Below, piece by piece: positions 34,154 to 45,069 of a stretch of 54,968 nucleotides of DNA. Both the position numbers and the translations under genes were made by a program. The notes beneath the pieces are model-generated. The model made no database searches and was not told where the DNA came from. It worked only from the letters and a program-made list of their open reading frames with translations. Within the stretch, counting starts at the first letter, position 1, and every line of letters begins with the position of its first letter. This stretch comes from Verrucomicrobia bacterium UBA1263. Lineage in GTDB: Bacteria; Verrucomicrobiota; Verrucomicrobiia; Limisphaerales; UBA1412. The stretch lies in the NCBI GenBank assembly GCA_002308515.1, contig DBVN01000028.1:16177-71144 (forward strand). Reading direction: 5' to 3'.

Positions 34154-35401
34154 ATGAGTAAGAAGAAAAAATCAAAATTCTTTTACATTTTCTGGACGAT
34201 CATTTTGCTGTTCATCATCGGAAACGTAGTCGCGTACTTCCTGATGAAAGCGGAAAAGCCTATTGAAGTACAAACCGATACCGTTCAAAAGCGTAATATC
34301 ACGGAAATCGTCACCGCCAATGGGAAGATCCAGCCTGTTACTTATGTAAAAATCAGCTCTGAAGTCTCCGGTGAGATCATTCAGCTGCCGGTCAGCGAAG
34401 GTCAGATGGTACACAAAGGTGACCTGCTTTTCAGTGTGAAACCGGATCTTTACATTGCCAGCAGTAATTCCGCGGCGGCCAGCTTACAGTCAGCTTTGGG
34501 CAGCCGGGATATCTCTTTGGCTTCGCTGAAAAAATGGGAAGCGGAATGGGAACGCGCTAAAGGTCTTTATGAGAATAATCTGCTTTCCAAGGCCAATTAT
34601 GATGATATCGTCAATTCTTACACCGCCGCCAAATTCACTTATACTAATTCCATTCACCAGGTTACCATGTCTCAGGCGGCTCTGGATCGCGCTTCAGAGG
34701 ATCTGAGCAAATGTATCATCTATTCCCCTCTGGACGGCACCGTCTCCAAGTTGAATTCCGAATTAGGTGAACGAGTGGTCGGAACAGGAACTTACAGCGG
34801 TACAGAAGTCATGACGATTTCAGACTTGAATCACATGGAAGCCCGTGTGGACATCGGCGAAATGGATATCAATCTTATCTCTCTGGGACAGAAAGCCTGG
34901 CTGGATGTAGATGCTTTTCATGATCAAAAGTTTGTCGGCACCGTTTCTCAAATTGCGAATACCGCAAACAGCAGCAGCACCACTGAGGCTACTAAATTTG
35001 AGGTTCGTATCCTTATCACAGACAAAGAAGCTTTTCGTCCGGGAATGTCTGTCACCTCTGAAATCGAGACACGCTACCGGACAAATGTCCTGTCTGTGCC
35101 GATCCAATCCGTGACTACTCGTCTGAAAGCTCAGGCAACCAATACCACAGCCGATGTAAAACCGCCGACCGTCTCTGAGGATCCCACCAAGTCAAAATCC
35201 ATGGAAAGCCTTATTGAGGAAGTCGTCTTTGTCGTAAATGGCGATCGGGTCGAAAAACGCCTGGTCAAGCGCGGCATCAGCGATGACAATTACACGGAAA
35301 TCCTTGAAGGACTTCAAGAAGGAGAGGAAATCGTCAGCGGCGGCTATAAGGCCATCAGCAAGGATCTTGAAGACGGCAAACTCATCCTGGTCAAACCCTA
35401 G
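34154..35401 (+). CDS. efflux transporter periplasmic adaptor (HlyD/MacA-type membrane fusion protein)
   Basis: N-terminal TM anchor, lipoyl/hairpin/beta-barrel pattern ([23 protein letters not shown], ...[10 protein letters not shown]...), followed by ABC genes. Confidence 0.85.
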   Translation: MSKKKKSKFFYIFWTIILLFIIGNVVAYFLMKAEKPIEVQTDTVQKRNITEIVTANGKIQPVTYVKISSEVSGEIIQLPVSEGQMVHKGDLLFSVKPDLYIASSNSAAASLQSALGSRDISLASLKKWEAEWERAKGLYENNLLSKANYDDIVNSYTAAKFTYTNSIHQVTMSQAALDRASEDLSKCIIYSPLDGTVSKLNSELGERVVGTGTYSGTEVMTISDLNHMEARVDIGEMDINLISLGQKAWLDVDAFHDQKFVGTVSQIANTANSSSTTEATKFEVRILITDKEAFRPGMSVTSEIETRYRTNVLSVPIQSVTTRLKAQATNTTADVKPPTVSEDPTKSKSMESLIEEVVFVVNGDRVEKRLVKRGISDDNYTEILEGLQEGEEIVSGGYKAISKDLEDGKLILVKP

Positions 35402-35402
35402 T

Positions 35403-36098
35403 ATGTCCCTTCCGCTCATTCAAATCGAAAATGTTTGTAAAGCCTACAACATGGGCGCGGAAACTGTCCATGCCCTGAGAGGTGTCAATTTAGAGATTTT
35501 CAAAGGCGAATATGTCGCTATCATGGGCCCCAGCGGTTCCGGTAAATCCACTCTGATGAACATCCTGGGATGTTTGGATACCCCCACTTCCGGCAGTTTT
35601 ATCCTGAACGGACACGCTGTGGATCAAATGGATGATGATGAACTGGCGGACATCCGCAATCGGGAGATCGGGTTTGTCTTTCAAACTTTTAATCTGCTTC
35701 CCCGGAGCACTTCCTTGCACAATGTGGAACTTCCTCTTATCTACGCGGGAGTTGATTTGGATGAGCGGTTGGAAATCGCCAGAAACGCGTTGATCCAAGT
35801 AGGTCTCAAAGAGCGTATGAACCACAAACCTAATGAGCTTTCCGGTGGTCAGCGTCAGCGTGTTGCCGTAGCGCGCGCCCTTGTAAATAATCCATCCATT
35901 CTGCTGGCAGACGAACCAACCGGCAATCTTGATACCGCTACCGGTGATGAGATCATGCTTTTGTTTGATGAACTTTATAAGAAGGGCAATACTATCATTC
36001 TGGTAACACATGAAGAGGATATCGCGCAAAGAGCACGGCGCATCATCCGTATTCGTGACGGCAGGATCGCTTCCGATGAACCGCATCAGGTGAGTTAA
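35403..36098 (+). CDS. ABC transporter ATP-binding protein (MacB/LolD-type)
   Basis: ATG 35403 lies 1 nt after the adaptor stop; the track start 35238 is an overlap artefact. Walker [10 protein letters not shown], signature [15 protein letters not shown], Walker [13 protein letters not shown]. Confidence 0.95.
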   Translation: MSLPLIQIENVCKAYNMGAETVHALRGVNLEIFKGEYVAIMGPSGSGKSTLMNILGCLDTPTSGSFILNGHAVDQMDDDELADIRNREIGFVFQTFNLLPRSTSLHNVELPLIYAGVDLDERLEIARNALIQVGLKERMNHKPNELSGGQRQRVAVARALVNNPSILLADEPTGNLDTATGDEIMLLFDELYKKGNTIILVTHEEDIAQRARRIIRIRDGRIASDEPHQVS

Positions 36099-36105
36099 AT
36101 ACGCT

Positions 36106-37329
36106 ATGAAGCTCAAAAATGAATTGTCAGAGAGTTTCCGCATCGCGTTTGACGCTATCAACGCTAATAAGATGCGGTCTATCCTGACAACTTTGGGCAT
36201 CGTGATCGGTGTGGTCACCGTTTCCCTGATGAGCATGGCCATTGACGGCGTATCCAAAAGCTTCGTTCAAAGTATCTCTGTATTAGGTTCAGATATCCTT
36301 TATATCGAAAAGGAATCCTGGATGGATCATTCAGACTGGTGGAAACGCAGAGGCCGCAGAGATATTGAACTGTCTCAGGCCAAAGAACTCGTGCGTTTAG
36401 CGGGAGATCGCTATATCATTTCCCCCTACGTTTCTCATCAAGTCTGCACCGTGAAATATAAAGAAGAGAGCATCACAGGAGTCTTCATGGATGGAGGCTC
36501 CGCGGCACACCAAGCCGTAAATAAATACACTTTTTCAGAAGGACGATTCTTTGACGCAAATGAAGTGGACGGATCCCGACCAGTCTGCGTATTAGGCTAC
36601 GATGCCGTGCATTCCCTTTTCAAAGGAGACAACGCTGTCGGCAAAAAAGTGAAGCTCAATGATATTACTTATGAAGTCATCGGAGCTATGGAAAAACGCG
36701 GAACTTTCATGGGATTCAGCATGGATAACACCGTTTACATCCCGGTGACCCGAATGCTCAGTGATTTTGCCAATCGTCCCAATGTCAGTATCCTCGTCAA
36801 AGCACCGGATATGAAAAACATAGATGAAATGACGGAGGAAATTCGGGGACTCATGCGCAAAGTACGCCATCTTCAACCAGGTGAAGAAGATGACTTCGCC
36901 ATCAATAAACAGGGATCATTGATAGACACTTTCAACAAGGTCAACAGGATCATTTCCAGCTGCGGACTTTTCATTACCGGGCTTTCTTTGTTCGTGGGCG
37001 GTATTGGCATCATGAACATCATGTTCGTATCTGTAGCGGAACGCACAAAGGAGATCGGTTTGAGAAAAGCGCTCGGTGCCCGGCGCAGAACTATCCTGCT
37101 CCAATTCATGTTGGAAGCGCTTCTGATCTGTCTCTTTGGAGGTGTTATTGGTCTTCTTATTGCATTTGCATTCCAACCAATTGTCAGTATTTATATACCA
37201 GCTTCGATCTCACTTAAAACTGTTGTGATAGCTCTGTTGATCGCGGCAGCAACTGGTGTTATTTCTGGCTATATCCCGGCTCGAAGAGCGGCTGAAATGG
37301 ATCCTGTGGATTCCTTACGTAACGAATGA
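36106..37329 (+). CDS. ABC transporter permease, MacB_PCD + FtsX domains (copy 1)
   Basis: N-terminal TM (MRSILTTLGIVIGV), a large periplasmic domain, and a C-terminal FtsX block (ERTKEIGLRKALGARR). Confidence 0.9.
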   Translation: MKLKNELSESFRIAFDAINANKMRSILTTLGIVIGVVTVSLMSMAIDGVSKSFVQSISVLGSDILYIEKESWMDHSDWWKRRGRRDIELSQAKELVRLAGDRYIISPYVSHQVCTVKYKEESITGVFMDGGSAAHQAVNKYTFSEGRFFDANEVDGSRPVCVLGYDAVHSLFKGDNAVGKKVKLNDITYEVIGAMEKRGTFMGFSMDNTVYIPVTRMLSDFANRPNVSILVKAPDMKNIDEMTEEIRGLMRKVRHLQPGEEDDFAINKQGSLIDTFNKVNRIISSCGLFITGLSLFVGGIGIMNIMFVSVAERTKEIGLRKALGARRRTILLQFMLEALLICLFGGVIGLLIAFAFQPIVSIYIPASISLKTVVIALLIAAATGVISGYIPARRAAEMDPVDSLRNE

Positions 37330-37397
37330 TTCATGGAACGATTTGTTTATAACCCAGCAAAATTTGAATATTTCAAACCAACTTGGAGGTACGCGCT

Positions 37398-38624
37398 ATG
37401 AATTTTGAGTTGCTGAAAATATCCATTCAATCCATTCTGGCACACAAGCTCCGCTCCATCCTGACCTTGCTGGGCATTCTGGTGGGGGTATTCTCTATTA
37501 TCCTCGTAATGACCACAATGAGGGCACTGCAGGGTTCGATAGAAACTGAGATTTCCAGTTTGGGAGCCAATACCGTCCAAATCAAAAAATGGCCTACGAT
37601 CAGCTTTGGCGGTCCGGGAACCTGGGAAAAATACAGACGTCGTCATGATCTGGATTATGAGCAGTACAAAAAACTGCGTTTAGCACTTCCCTCAGTCAAA
37701 GGTATCGGTATTATCAATCACTTTGATACCGATGAAGTTTCTTCCCGGTATGATACGACTAACCCCGATATTTCTCTCTATGGAGTCACTTACCCCACCT
37801 TTTCAGCACGCAATATGGTAGTCGAAGAAGGCCGGGCTATCACTGACACAGATGTGGAGAACCGTCGCAATGTCTGTGTATTAGGAAATCCTTTGGCTAA
37901 AAAACTCTTCCCTTACGGTTCCGCTATTTCACAGCGTGTTCGTTTCAACAGCATCAACTATACTGTGATCGGAGTTTTAAAAGAAAAAGGTTCTCTTTTT
38001 GATGCCGGAGCAGATAATATGATCCTGATCCCTATCACGACCGCTATGAATTATTACGGACACCGTCGTTCACTGGATTTTTTGGTAGAAGCCGTAAATT
38101 CAAAAGAATTTGACGACACCATTGAACAAGTCCGTGGAGTCTTGCGCTCCATTCGGCATATCAAACCGATCGAGGAAGATGATTTTGAAATCGAAACCAA
38201 TGACACTCTGATTACACAGTTTCAAAATGTTACGCTTACTATCCGTATCGGCATCACAGTGGTAAGTTCTATCGCCCTGCTCGCAGCCGGGATCGGCATT
38301 ATGAATATCATGCTGGTATCCGTTACCGAACGCACGAGAGAGATCGGCATTCGCCGCGCTATCGGCGCTAAAAAGCGGAATATCCTGACTCAGTTCATTA
38401 TGGAAGCCATCGTCCTTTGTCAGATAGGAGGGATAGCCGGTGTTATTCTGGGTGTTTTAGGAGGGAATCTTGCCGCGGTTGTTCTCAAAGTACCAATGAC
38501 TGTCCCTGTTGACTGGGTCATCATTGGACTGGTGATTTGTTCTGTAGTGGGTATTCTTTTTGGATCTTACCCGGCATGGAAAGCCGCAAACCTTGATCCC
38601 ATTGAAAGTCTGCGGCACGAATAA
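37398..38624 (+). CDS. ABC transporter permease, MacB_PCD + FtsX domains (copy 2)
   Basis: ATG 37398 is preceded by GGAGG (37385-37389). Same architecture as copy 1 (ERTREIGIRRAIGAKK). Confidence 0.9.
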   Translation: MNFELLKISIQSILAHKLRSILTLLGILVGVFSIILVMTTMRALQGSIETEISSLGANTVQIKKWPTISFGGPGTWEKYRRRHDLDYEQYKKLRLALPSVKGIGIINHFDTDEVSSRYDTTNPDISLYGVTYPTFSARNMVVEEGRAITDTDVENRRNVCVLGNPLAKKLFPYGSAISQRVRFNSINYTVIGVLKEKGSLFDAGADNMILIPITTAMNYYGHRRSLDFLVEAVNSKEFDDTIEQVRGVLRSIRHIKPIEEDDFEIETNDTLITQFQNVTLTIRIGITVVSSIALLAAGIGIMNIMLVSVTERTREIGIRRAIGAKKRNILTQFIMEAIVLCQIGGIAGVILGVLGGNLAAVVLKVPMTVPVDWVIIGLVICSVVGILFGSYPAWKAANLDPIESLRHE

Positions 38625-38630
38625 ATTCTT

Positions 38631-39917
38631 TTAAATCTCTTTAGAAATCCTCATGGAGCAGAACTCCGGGCCGCACATAGTGCAGTATTGTGCCCGTTTA
38701 TCATGATCTGGAGAGCGTCCTCCTTCTCTCAGAGCTTCCGCTCTCAGCTCTCTTGCCTTATCAGGATCCAGTGCCAATTCAAACTGTTTCTCCCAATCAA
38801 AATCCGCGCGTGCCTGGGAAATCGCGTCATCTCTATCTCTCGCGTGAGGTTTGCCTAAAGCGATATCCGCCGCGTGAGCCGCTATTTTATACGCAATAAC
38901 ACCATCCCGGACATCTCTGGCGTTCGGCAGTCCTAAATGTTCCTTTGGTGTCACATAGCACAGCATTGCCGCTCCGGAATAGGCACCCATCGTCGCTCCG
39001 ATCGCGCTGGTGATATGATCATAACCGGGAGCACAATCTGTCACGACCGGGCCTAAAATATAAAACGGCGCGTCATCACAAACTTCCCGTTCCCGACGCA
39101 TATTCATTTCGATCTGATCGAATGGGATATGACCGGGACCTTCGACCATGGCCTGCACTCCGGCTTTCCGACAGCGCCGCACAAGCTCACCTAATGTTTC
39201 CAATTCGGCAAACTGAGCCGCATCGCTTGCGTCAGCCAGACATCCGGGGCGCATACCATCGCCTAATGAAAGTGTGACATCATGTTCCAGACAAATTTTC
39301 AGGATCTCATCAAAAGCCGTATAAAAAGGATTCTCCCGTTGGTTTTGTCTCATCCAGCGGGCAAGAATAGAACCTCCTCTGCTGACAATGCGAAGGAGGC
39401 GTTTCTTTGCGAAATCTATGTGTTTCAGCAGTATCCCGGAATGGACTGTCATATAATCCACTCCTTGCTCAGCTTGTTCACGGATCACCTGCAGGATCAA
39501 TGATTCACTTAACCCCTGGCTGCCGCCGGCTCTGGCCAGTGCTTCATAAATAGGAACGGTACCAACCGGAACAGAACTGTTCTCAATGATCTTCTGGCGG
39601 ATCTGGATAATGTTTTCCCCAGTACTCAGATCCATCACAGTATCCGCACCATACTTGACCGCGTTATTCAGTTTTTCAAGCTCCTGCATGGGACAGCTTG
39701 AAAGAGCGGAGTTACCGATATTGGCATTTATTTTTGTTCGCAACAGTCGTCCGATCCCCATCGGTTTCAAATTTTTATGATGGATATTCGCAGGAATGAC
39801 TATCTTTCCCTCGGCTACATGGAGACGGATCTCCTCCGGGGTACGATATTCTATCGCCGCTACCTGTTCGATCTGCGGCGTGATTTCACCTGCGTTCGCA
39901 CGCTGTAACTGAGTCAT
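38631..39917 (-). CDS. thiC: phosphomethylpyrimidine synthase ThiC (short form); a BzaF-type paralog cannot be excluded
   Basis: Radical-SAM ThiC core: [41 protein letters not shown], and the C-terminal cluster [11 protein letters not shown]. Confidence 0.85.
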   Translation of the reverse strand: MTQLQRANAGEITPQIEQVAAIEYRTPEEIRLHVAEGKIVIPANIHHKNLKPMGIGRLLRTKINANIGNSALSSCPMQELEKLNNAVKYGADTVMDLSTGENIIQIRQKIIENSSVPVGTVPIYEALARAGGSQGLSESLILQVIREQAEQGVDYMTVHSGILLKHIDFAKKRLLRIVSRGGSILARWMRQNQRENPFYTAFDEILKICLEHDVTLSLGDGMRPGCLADASDAAQFAELETLGELVRRCRKAGVQAMVEGPGHIPFDQIEMNMRREREVCDDAPFYILGPVVTDCAPGYDHITSAIGATMGAYSGAAMLCYVTPKEHLGLPNARDVRDGVIAYKIAAHAADIALGKPHARDRDDAISQARADFDWEKQFELALDPDKARELRAEALREGGRSPDHDKRAQYCTMCGPEFCSMRISKEI

Positions 39918-39940
39918 AATTGCTTGCCCTGTAAAGGATA

Positions 39941-41188
39941 CTAAAACTCAAATTTCACATCACCAAGACGTTTGGCGATTTCTTCGAGAATGAGTTTTTC
40001 GTCGGCCACTGTCGGAGCGGCAAAGGTCACACTAAAGCGCAGATAGGCACCTGCGTCATCCCAAGGTACAGTAGAAATCAATTTCTCTGTGATCAGCCAT
40101 TGAGAAACAGCTTCCGCCGTCACAAATTCTATGTGGGAACCATCCTTTTTAACAGCGGCTTTGGGAGCTTTGGTATAAAGGAAAAAGGAACCTTTGGGTT
40201 TGCGGGCTTTGAATCCCAGAGACTTTAATGTCCTCACAAGCCCCGTCATACGACGAGAGTATTTGCTGACAATACGCTTGGTGAAGGATGGATTTAACAA
40301 ACCTTCCGCGACGGCGTGCTGGATAGCCAGGAACTGACCCGAGTCTGTATTATCTTTGACATCACCATAGGCTTTGACCAACAGCGGATTACCCACAACA
40401 AAACCACAGCGCCAACCGGTCATATTGAACATTTTGCTGGCGGAATGAAGTTCCACACCCACATCCACCGCGCCGGGAGTCGCCAGGAAGGAAAGAGGTT
40501 TATCCTGAAATACCAGTGCCGCGTAGGCCGCGTCATGGATCACCACGATGTTGTTCTTCTTGGCAAATGCCACGACTTTGGCAAAAAACTCAGGAGTCGC
40601 GCTGGCACCTGTGGGATTATTGGGATAGTTTAAAACCATCACTTTGGCCTTGGTCAGAATATCCGCGGGAACAGCATCCAGATCCGGCAGGAAGTGCTTC
40701 TTTTCCAAAAGAGGCATATTATAAACCTTGCCGCCGTAATACTTGGCATGGGTTCCAAAAACGGGATATCCCGGTGTGGTCATTAAAACATAATCACCCG
40801 GATTGATCAAAACCGCGGGGAGAATAGAAAGAGCCGCTTTGCTGCCGATGCTATGAATGACTTGAGTCTGTGGATCGATCCCTTTCACACCGCAAACCTG
40901 TTCCATATACCTGGCAGCGGCTTCTTTCAAAACAGCATCACCATTATCCGCGTAACCACGATTCTCCGGTTTGCGTGCTTCACGATAGAGAGCATTCACT
41001 AATTTGGTTGGAGCCATTGCGTCCGGCTCTCCCACTCCCATATCGATCAGTTTGACTTTCGGGTTCGCCGCCATCGCGGCACGCTTTGCGCGTTTGATTT
41101 TTTCAAATTTATAGATCGCGGTATCTTTACCGTAATTAGCTCCACCGATCCTCTCGGCAAATAATCCTTGTATATAAGATTCTTTCAT
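39941..41188 (-). CDS. class I/II PLP-dependent aminotransferase (possibly LL-diaminopimelate-aminotransferase-like)
   Basis: 415 aa. [17 protein letters not shown], and PLP-lysine context [14 protein letters not shown]. Substrate not assignable from sequence alone. Confidence 0.7.
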   Translation of the reverse strand: MKESYIQGLFAERIGGANYGKDTAIYKFEKIKRAKRAAMAANPKVKLIDMGVGEPDAMAPTKLVNALYREARKPENRGYADNGDAVLKEAAARYMEQVCGVKGIDPQTQVIHSIGSKAALSILPAVLINPGDYVLMTTPGYPVFGTHAKYYGGKVYNMPLLEKKHFLPDLDAVPADILTKAKVMVLNYPNNPTGASATPEFFAKVVAFAKKNNIVVIHDAAYAALVFQDKPLSFLATPGAVDVGVELHSASKMFNMTGWRCGFVVGNPLLVKAYGDVKDNTDSGQFLAIQHAVAEGLLNPSFTKRIVSKYSRRMTGLVRTLKSLGFKARKPKGSFFLYTKAPKAAVKKDGSHIEFVTAEAVSQWLITEKLISTVPWDDAGAYLRFSVTFAAPTVADEKLILEEIAKRLGDVKFEF

Positions 41189-41228
41189 TCTTCTTTAAAT
41201 TGTTAGTAGTAATTGATTAAATAACGAC

Positions 41229-42404
41229 TTACTTAGCGATTTTCTTACAAAAACGCTCCATACGGTCCATTCCCTTTTCGATCACCTGCATCGAAGTCGC
41301 GTAGCTGAGACGGATATTTGCATCCGAGCCAAAGGCGATACCCGGCACCACAGCCACTTTTTCTTCCTCAAGCAAACGAGCGGCAAACTCCACAGATTTC
41401 ATCCCGGTCGCCGAGATATTAGGGAACAGATAAAACGCGCCTTTTGCGTTTACACAGGAAACTCCCGGCATCTGATTGAGTCTCTCATAAATATATGTAC
41501 GGCGACGGCTGTATTCCTGAAGCCACACAGGCAAATGATCCTGAGGACCATTCAACGCGGCTACCGCGCCCATCTGGGCAAAGGACACCGGGTTGCTGGT
41601 GCTGTGACTTTGCATCGCTCCAACCGCTTTGGCTATCACCAGCGGAGCAGCCGTGATACCAATCCTCCATCCCGTCATAGAATATGCTTTGGACAAACCA
41701 CTTACGATAACTGTTCTTTCCGCGGTCTGAGGTGAAACAGTCGCGATACTGACGTGCTGAGCTCCATCGTAACAAAGTTTTTCATAGATCTCATCACTCA
41801 TAATGTAGAGATCTTTCTCAACACAAACATCTGCCAGAGCTTTCAGCTCTTCACGGGTATAAACACTGCCTGTTGGATTGCAGGGAGAATTCAAAATAAG
41901 CAGCTTTGTTCTGGGTGTGATCGCGTTACGAAGTTGTTCAGCTGTGATTTTAAACTCCGTGGCTTCAGCCCCCTGCACAAAAACAGGAGTCGCCCCAGCC
42001 ATTTTGACCATTTCAGGATAACTCACCCAGTAAGGAGACGGAATGATGACTTCATCGCCTTCCTGACAAAGAGCCATGATCGTATTGAAGCAGGAATGTT
42101 TACCGCCACAGGAAATAACGATTTGATTGGGCTCGAAAGTCAGTCCTAAATCTCTCTTGAATTTATCAGCAACAGCTTGACGCAGAACAAGCAATCCACT
42201 GCTTGGAGTGTACTTGGTCATTCCTTTGCGCATGGCATCTACTGCCGCGTCCTGAATATGCTGCGGAGTTGAAAAATCAGGCTCCCCTGCCCCAAAGCCG
42301 ACAACATCCAGCCCCTCGGCTTTCATCTGTTTTGCTTTTGCATCAATAGCCAGCGTCAGAGAAGGAGTTACGCCGGCAGCTCTTTTAGATATCCTATAAT
42401 CCAT
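41229..42404 (-). CDS. aspartate/aromatic-type class I aminotransferase
   Basis: 391 aa. GFGAGEPDF, NSPCNPTG, and GLSKAYSMTGWRIG (PLP lysine). Confidence 0.85.
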   Translation of the reverse strand: MDYRISKRAAGVTPSLTLAIDAKAKQMKAEGLDVVGFGAGEPDFSTPQHIQDAAVDAMRKGMTKYTPSSGLLVLRQAVADKFKRDLGLTFEPNQIVISCGGKHSCFNTIMALCQEGDEVIIPSPYWVSYPEMVKMAGATPVFVQGAEATEFKITAEQLRNAITPRTKLLILNSPCNPTGSVYTREELKALADVCVEKDLYIMSDEIYEKLCYDGAQHVSIATVSPQTAERTVIVSGLSKAYSMTGWRIGITAAPLVIAKAVGAMQSHSTSNPVSFAQMGAVAALNGPQDHLPVWLQEYSRRRTYIYERLNQMPGVSCVNAKGAFYLFPNISATGMKSVEFAARLLEEEKVAVVPGIAFGSDANIRLSYATSMQVIEKGMDRMERFCKKIAK

Positions 42405-42689
42405 ATCCCGCCCCTATTGAACACAAGGCAGACCTAAATCTCAAGCTAAAAGATAAAAAATAAACAATAGAATTAGAAATCCTAATAAAACAAACTGCTT
42501 TGTTACAAAATTTAAGACTCGGTGAGATAAAATTAAAAAATCAGCGATAAATACCGGGAACTCTTTCCCATAGACAAATAACTATAGAATCACTACAATC
42601 CTTGAAAAGGCGCAAGCCGTAGTTGTAAAATCAGAGGTTTGATGCGTCTTAGCACTAAAATTATAATGAATTGTTATTAAAGATGGATT

Positions 42690-43043
42690 ATGGATTCAAA
42701 AACTTGGACAAATGAAGAAATTATTCAGGCTTTTCACCTTATGTGGGATAATTTCCCTGAACCAGTCATGATCACACAAAAAAGTCGGGAGATGATCGCG
42801 GTCAATAAGAAAGGTCAAGAGCTGGGCTTAAAACCAGGGTTCAAATGCTCTGCTATCGGAAAACCAGAAAATCATAAAGGCTGTCGCTGCAACCAAGCGT
42901 TAAACAGCAACTCCCCCGTTTATATCACTTACAATGGAGCTTTTGGCAAAGCGTTCGGATATTGGATCCCCATTCCGGGAAAGCCCGATTGGATAATTCA
43001 CTTTAGCGCTGGCAATACATTTGATTACGAAAAACAAAATTAG
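42690..43043 (+). CDS. hypothetical small Cys-containing protein (PAS-like N-terminal pattern)
   Basis: 117 aa. PEPVMITQKSREMIAVNKKGQELGL resembles the start of a PAS fold. Cys residues in KCSAIGKPENHKGCRC. Preceded by a 285-bp AT-rich intergenic region. Confidence 0.45.
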   Translation: MDSKTWTNEEIIQAFHLMWDNFPEPVMITQKSREMIAVNKKGQELGLKPGFKCSAIGKPENHKGCRCNQALNSNSPVYITYNGAFGKAFGYWIPIPGKPDWIIHFSAGNTFDYEKQN

Positions 43044-43056
43044 CTAAATAATTCAG

Positions 43057-43092
43057 AATGCCATTGGAATGAGAAATTTCCAATGGCATTTT
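43057..43092. terminator. rho-independent terminator between convergent genes
   Basis: 12-bp stem AATGCCATTGGA / TCCAATGGCATT (43057-43068 / 43079-43090), 10-nt loop, then TT. Confidence 0.7.
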
Positions 43093-43138
43093 AAGGTGCA
43101 GCAACCTATCCGCAACCGTTTATAGCATCAAGGAAGTT

Positions 43139-44956
43139 TTATTGAGCAGATTCTACCTTCTGCCGGGTTTTGTCACGAAGCGCTTTGTCGCGTGGTGAAA
43201 TGGGTTTGATTTGTTCGTACTGCTCCAGAGCTTTTTTCCAAGCTTCGACAGCTTCATTCTTTTTACCCAAGGCATTATAAATATCACCCAAGTGATCGTT
43301 GTACACAGCGCCCGTTTCCGGACTCAATTCCGGGGATAATTCTAAAACCTTTAACTGATGAGGCAGTGCTTCTTCCGATTTGCCCAGCTTGTATAAAACC
43401 CAGGCTAAGCTATCCAAATAAGCCTCGTTATCAGGAGATTCCTGTACCGCTTTTTGAATCATTTCCAAGGCTTTTTCCAGATGGATACCCTGTTCGGCAT
43501 AGATATATCCCAAAGAGTTCAGGACTTCCGCAGAATCCGGATTTTTTTCATAGACAGATTCCACAAGAGCCAGAGACTCTTCCGTCTTTCCAATCTGATC
43601 ATACAGATCCGCTAATGATAAATAGAATACAGGCTGAAGATTTTCTCCGCCAGATTCTTTATCCACTTCTTCAGCAGCCAGCATACATCTGAGTGCGTCT
43701 TCATAACGCCCCATATCCATGTAAGCCTTTACCGATAAACATTCCAGACGGTATGAACGAGCCCCCGCGTTCCGGGCCAGCTCCAAAGCATCTAAGGCTT
43801 TTTGCGGCATTTCCTCCATTAGCCGCATATATGCCGCCATCACATAAAATTCCGGATTGCCGGGACTGATAGTCGCCGCGTAATAGTAGAAATCACCGGC
43901 TTCTTTATACTGCTGACGCTGCTGGTAGATATCTCCCAACAGCAGACAGTAGCGCTGATTCGTGGGATTCTCTCTTAACAGCAGACGCAATTCCAACTCC
44001 GCTCTGGACATATCCCCCAAAGCAAGAAAAGTCAATGCGCGTTTTTCACGCAGCTGGGGATTCCGAGGATATTGTTTGAGAAGTTTCTCATAAGTATCAT
44101 GTGCCTTTTGAGATTCGTTCACACGGGCATAAATATCCCCCAGACCCTCTATGACCTCCGGTCTTACTTCGGAAGTTTTTTCTAACAGAGGTTCGATGGT
44201 CGCCAGTTGGCGTTTTGCTGCAGCTACGGAGTCAACTCCCAATGGATCGATCTTATCGCTGTTATTCAGATACAGCTGAGCCAGATCCACCAGGAATGGA
44301 ATGGAATTCTGAGCTTCCCGCTCCGCATTCTCCAGCACATTTAAGGCTTCTTTGGTATTACCGGCATCCACATAAAGCCCAAACAACACTTGATAGGCCA
44401 AAGCCGTCTCTTTCGATCTTTTGATAGCCTGTTTCGCTATTTTGACAGCAGACTTGCTGTCCCCTGTAGCGGCAAGAGCTAATGCCCTCCAAGAATAGAT
44501 ATTGGCACTGGCATCTTTACGATCGCAGGAGAGTTTGAGCAGCTTGGCCGCGTCATCAGCTTTTTCCATCGAGATCAGCTCATGGCAAATACGAATGACC
44601 AATGCCTCATTTCCCGGATCAGCGTTAGCGGCCTGGAGAAATTCCACAAAAGCAGCCTCCGGGGAATCTGATGGATTGATCTCTTGACTGATCCCCGCCG
44701 CATATCGCGCCAGCGCGTTGACACGCTGCTCCTCCGCGCAAAGAGTTTTAAATTCAGTGCGCTTCTGTGTTGTGTCAAAAGGATCCGAAACAGGTACTAT
44801 CTCAATCAATGAATCATCAGAAGCATTCTCTGCCGCAACGGATTCTGAATTTCCTTCCGTATCTGTCTTACCCTCTGGATGGGTCTTGCATCCGCTCTGC
44901 AGTACGGTCAAAGCAAGAACAACCACCAAACTGAACCAAAATCGTTTTTGTTTCAT
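43139..44956 (-). CDS. tetratricopeptide-repeat (TPR) lipoprotein
   Basis: Lipobox LTVLQSGC at the N-terminus, then many 34-aa TPR units (A..Y..LG..Y...G....A...). Confidence 0.85.
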   Translation of the reverse strand: MKQKRFWFSLVVVLALTVLQSGCKTHPEGKTDTEGNSESVAAENASDDSLIEIVPVSDPFDTTQKRTEFKTLCAEEQRVNALARYAAGISQEINPSDSPEAAFVEFLQAANADPGNEALVIRICHELISMEKADDAAKLLKLSCDRKDASANIYSWRALALAATGDSKSAVKIAKQAIKRSKETALAYQVLFGLYVDAGNTKEALNVLENAEREAQNSIPFLVDLAQLYLNNSDKIDPLGVDSVAAAKRQLATIEPLLEKTSEVRPEVIEGLGDIYARVNESQKAHDTYEKLLKQYPRNPQLREKRALTFLALGDMSRAELELRLLLRENPTNQRYCLLLGDIYQQRQQYKEAGDFYYYAATISPGNPEFYVMAAYMRLMEEMPQKALDALELARNAGARSYRLECLSVKAYMDMGRYEDALRCMLAAEEVDKESGGENLQPVFYLSLADLYDQIGKTEESLALVESVYEKNPDSAEVLNSLGYIYAEQGIHLEKALEMIQKAVQESPDNEAYLDSLAWVLYKLGKSEEALPHQLKVLELSPELSPETGAVYNDHLGDIYNALGKKNEAVEAWKKALEQYEQIKPISPRDKALRDKTRQKVESAQ

Positions 44957-45014
44957 CCCTTAAAAAAGATACACGCTGCCAGCCGATGAATCAAGGTTGA
45001 CAACGTGAAAGTCG

Positions 45015-45057
45015 AAAAAAAATGCACTCCGCGTCTTTTTAGACATCATCGTGCATC
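45015..45057 (-). terminator. rho-independent terminator after the bS22-like gene
   Basis: The minus strand forms GAUGCAC ... GUGCAU with an inner GUCU/AGAC pairing, followed by U8 (plus-strand A-run 45015-45022). Confidence 0.6.
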
Positions 45058-45069
45058 ACGAATTACAAA

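Noticed and set aside
33572-34175. Track ORFs of 146 aa (plus strand, 33572-34012) and 99 aa (minus strand, 33876-34175)
   Set aside because: They overlap each other, run through A/T homopolymer tracts and the decamer repeat array, have implausible composition, and the minus-strand one runs into the efflux-operon start. The region is treated as non-coding.
35490-36257. 255-aa ORF on the minus strand
   Set aside because: It is antisense to the ABC ATPase, whose Walker A, signature and Walker B motifs are clear.
42519-42570. Possible TPP riboswitch fragment (GGUGAGA ... GAUAAAUACCGGG ... CUUUCCC) on the plus strand
   Set aside because: It is on the wrong strand for thiC. It lacks the CUGAGA / ACCUGAUCUGGAUAAUGCCAGCG core and the P4-P5 pairing. 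Only scattered short similarities remain.
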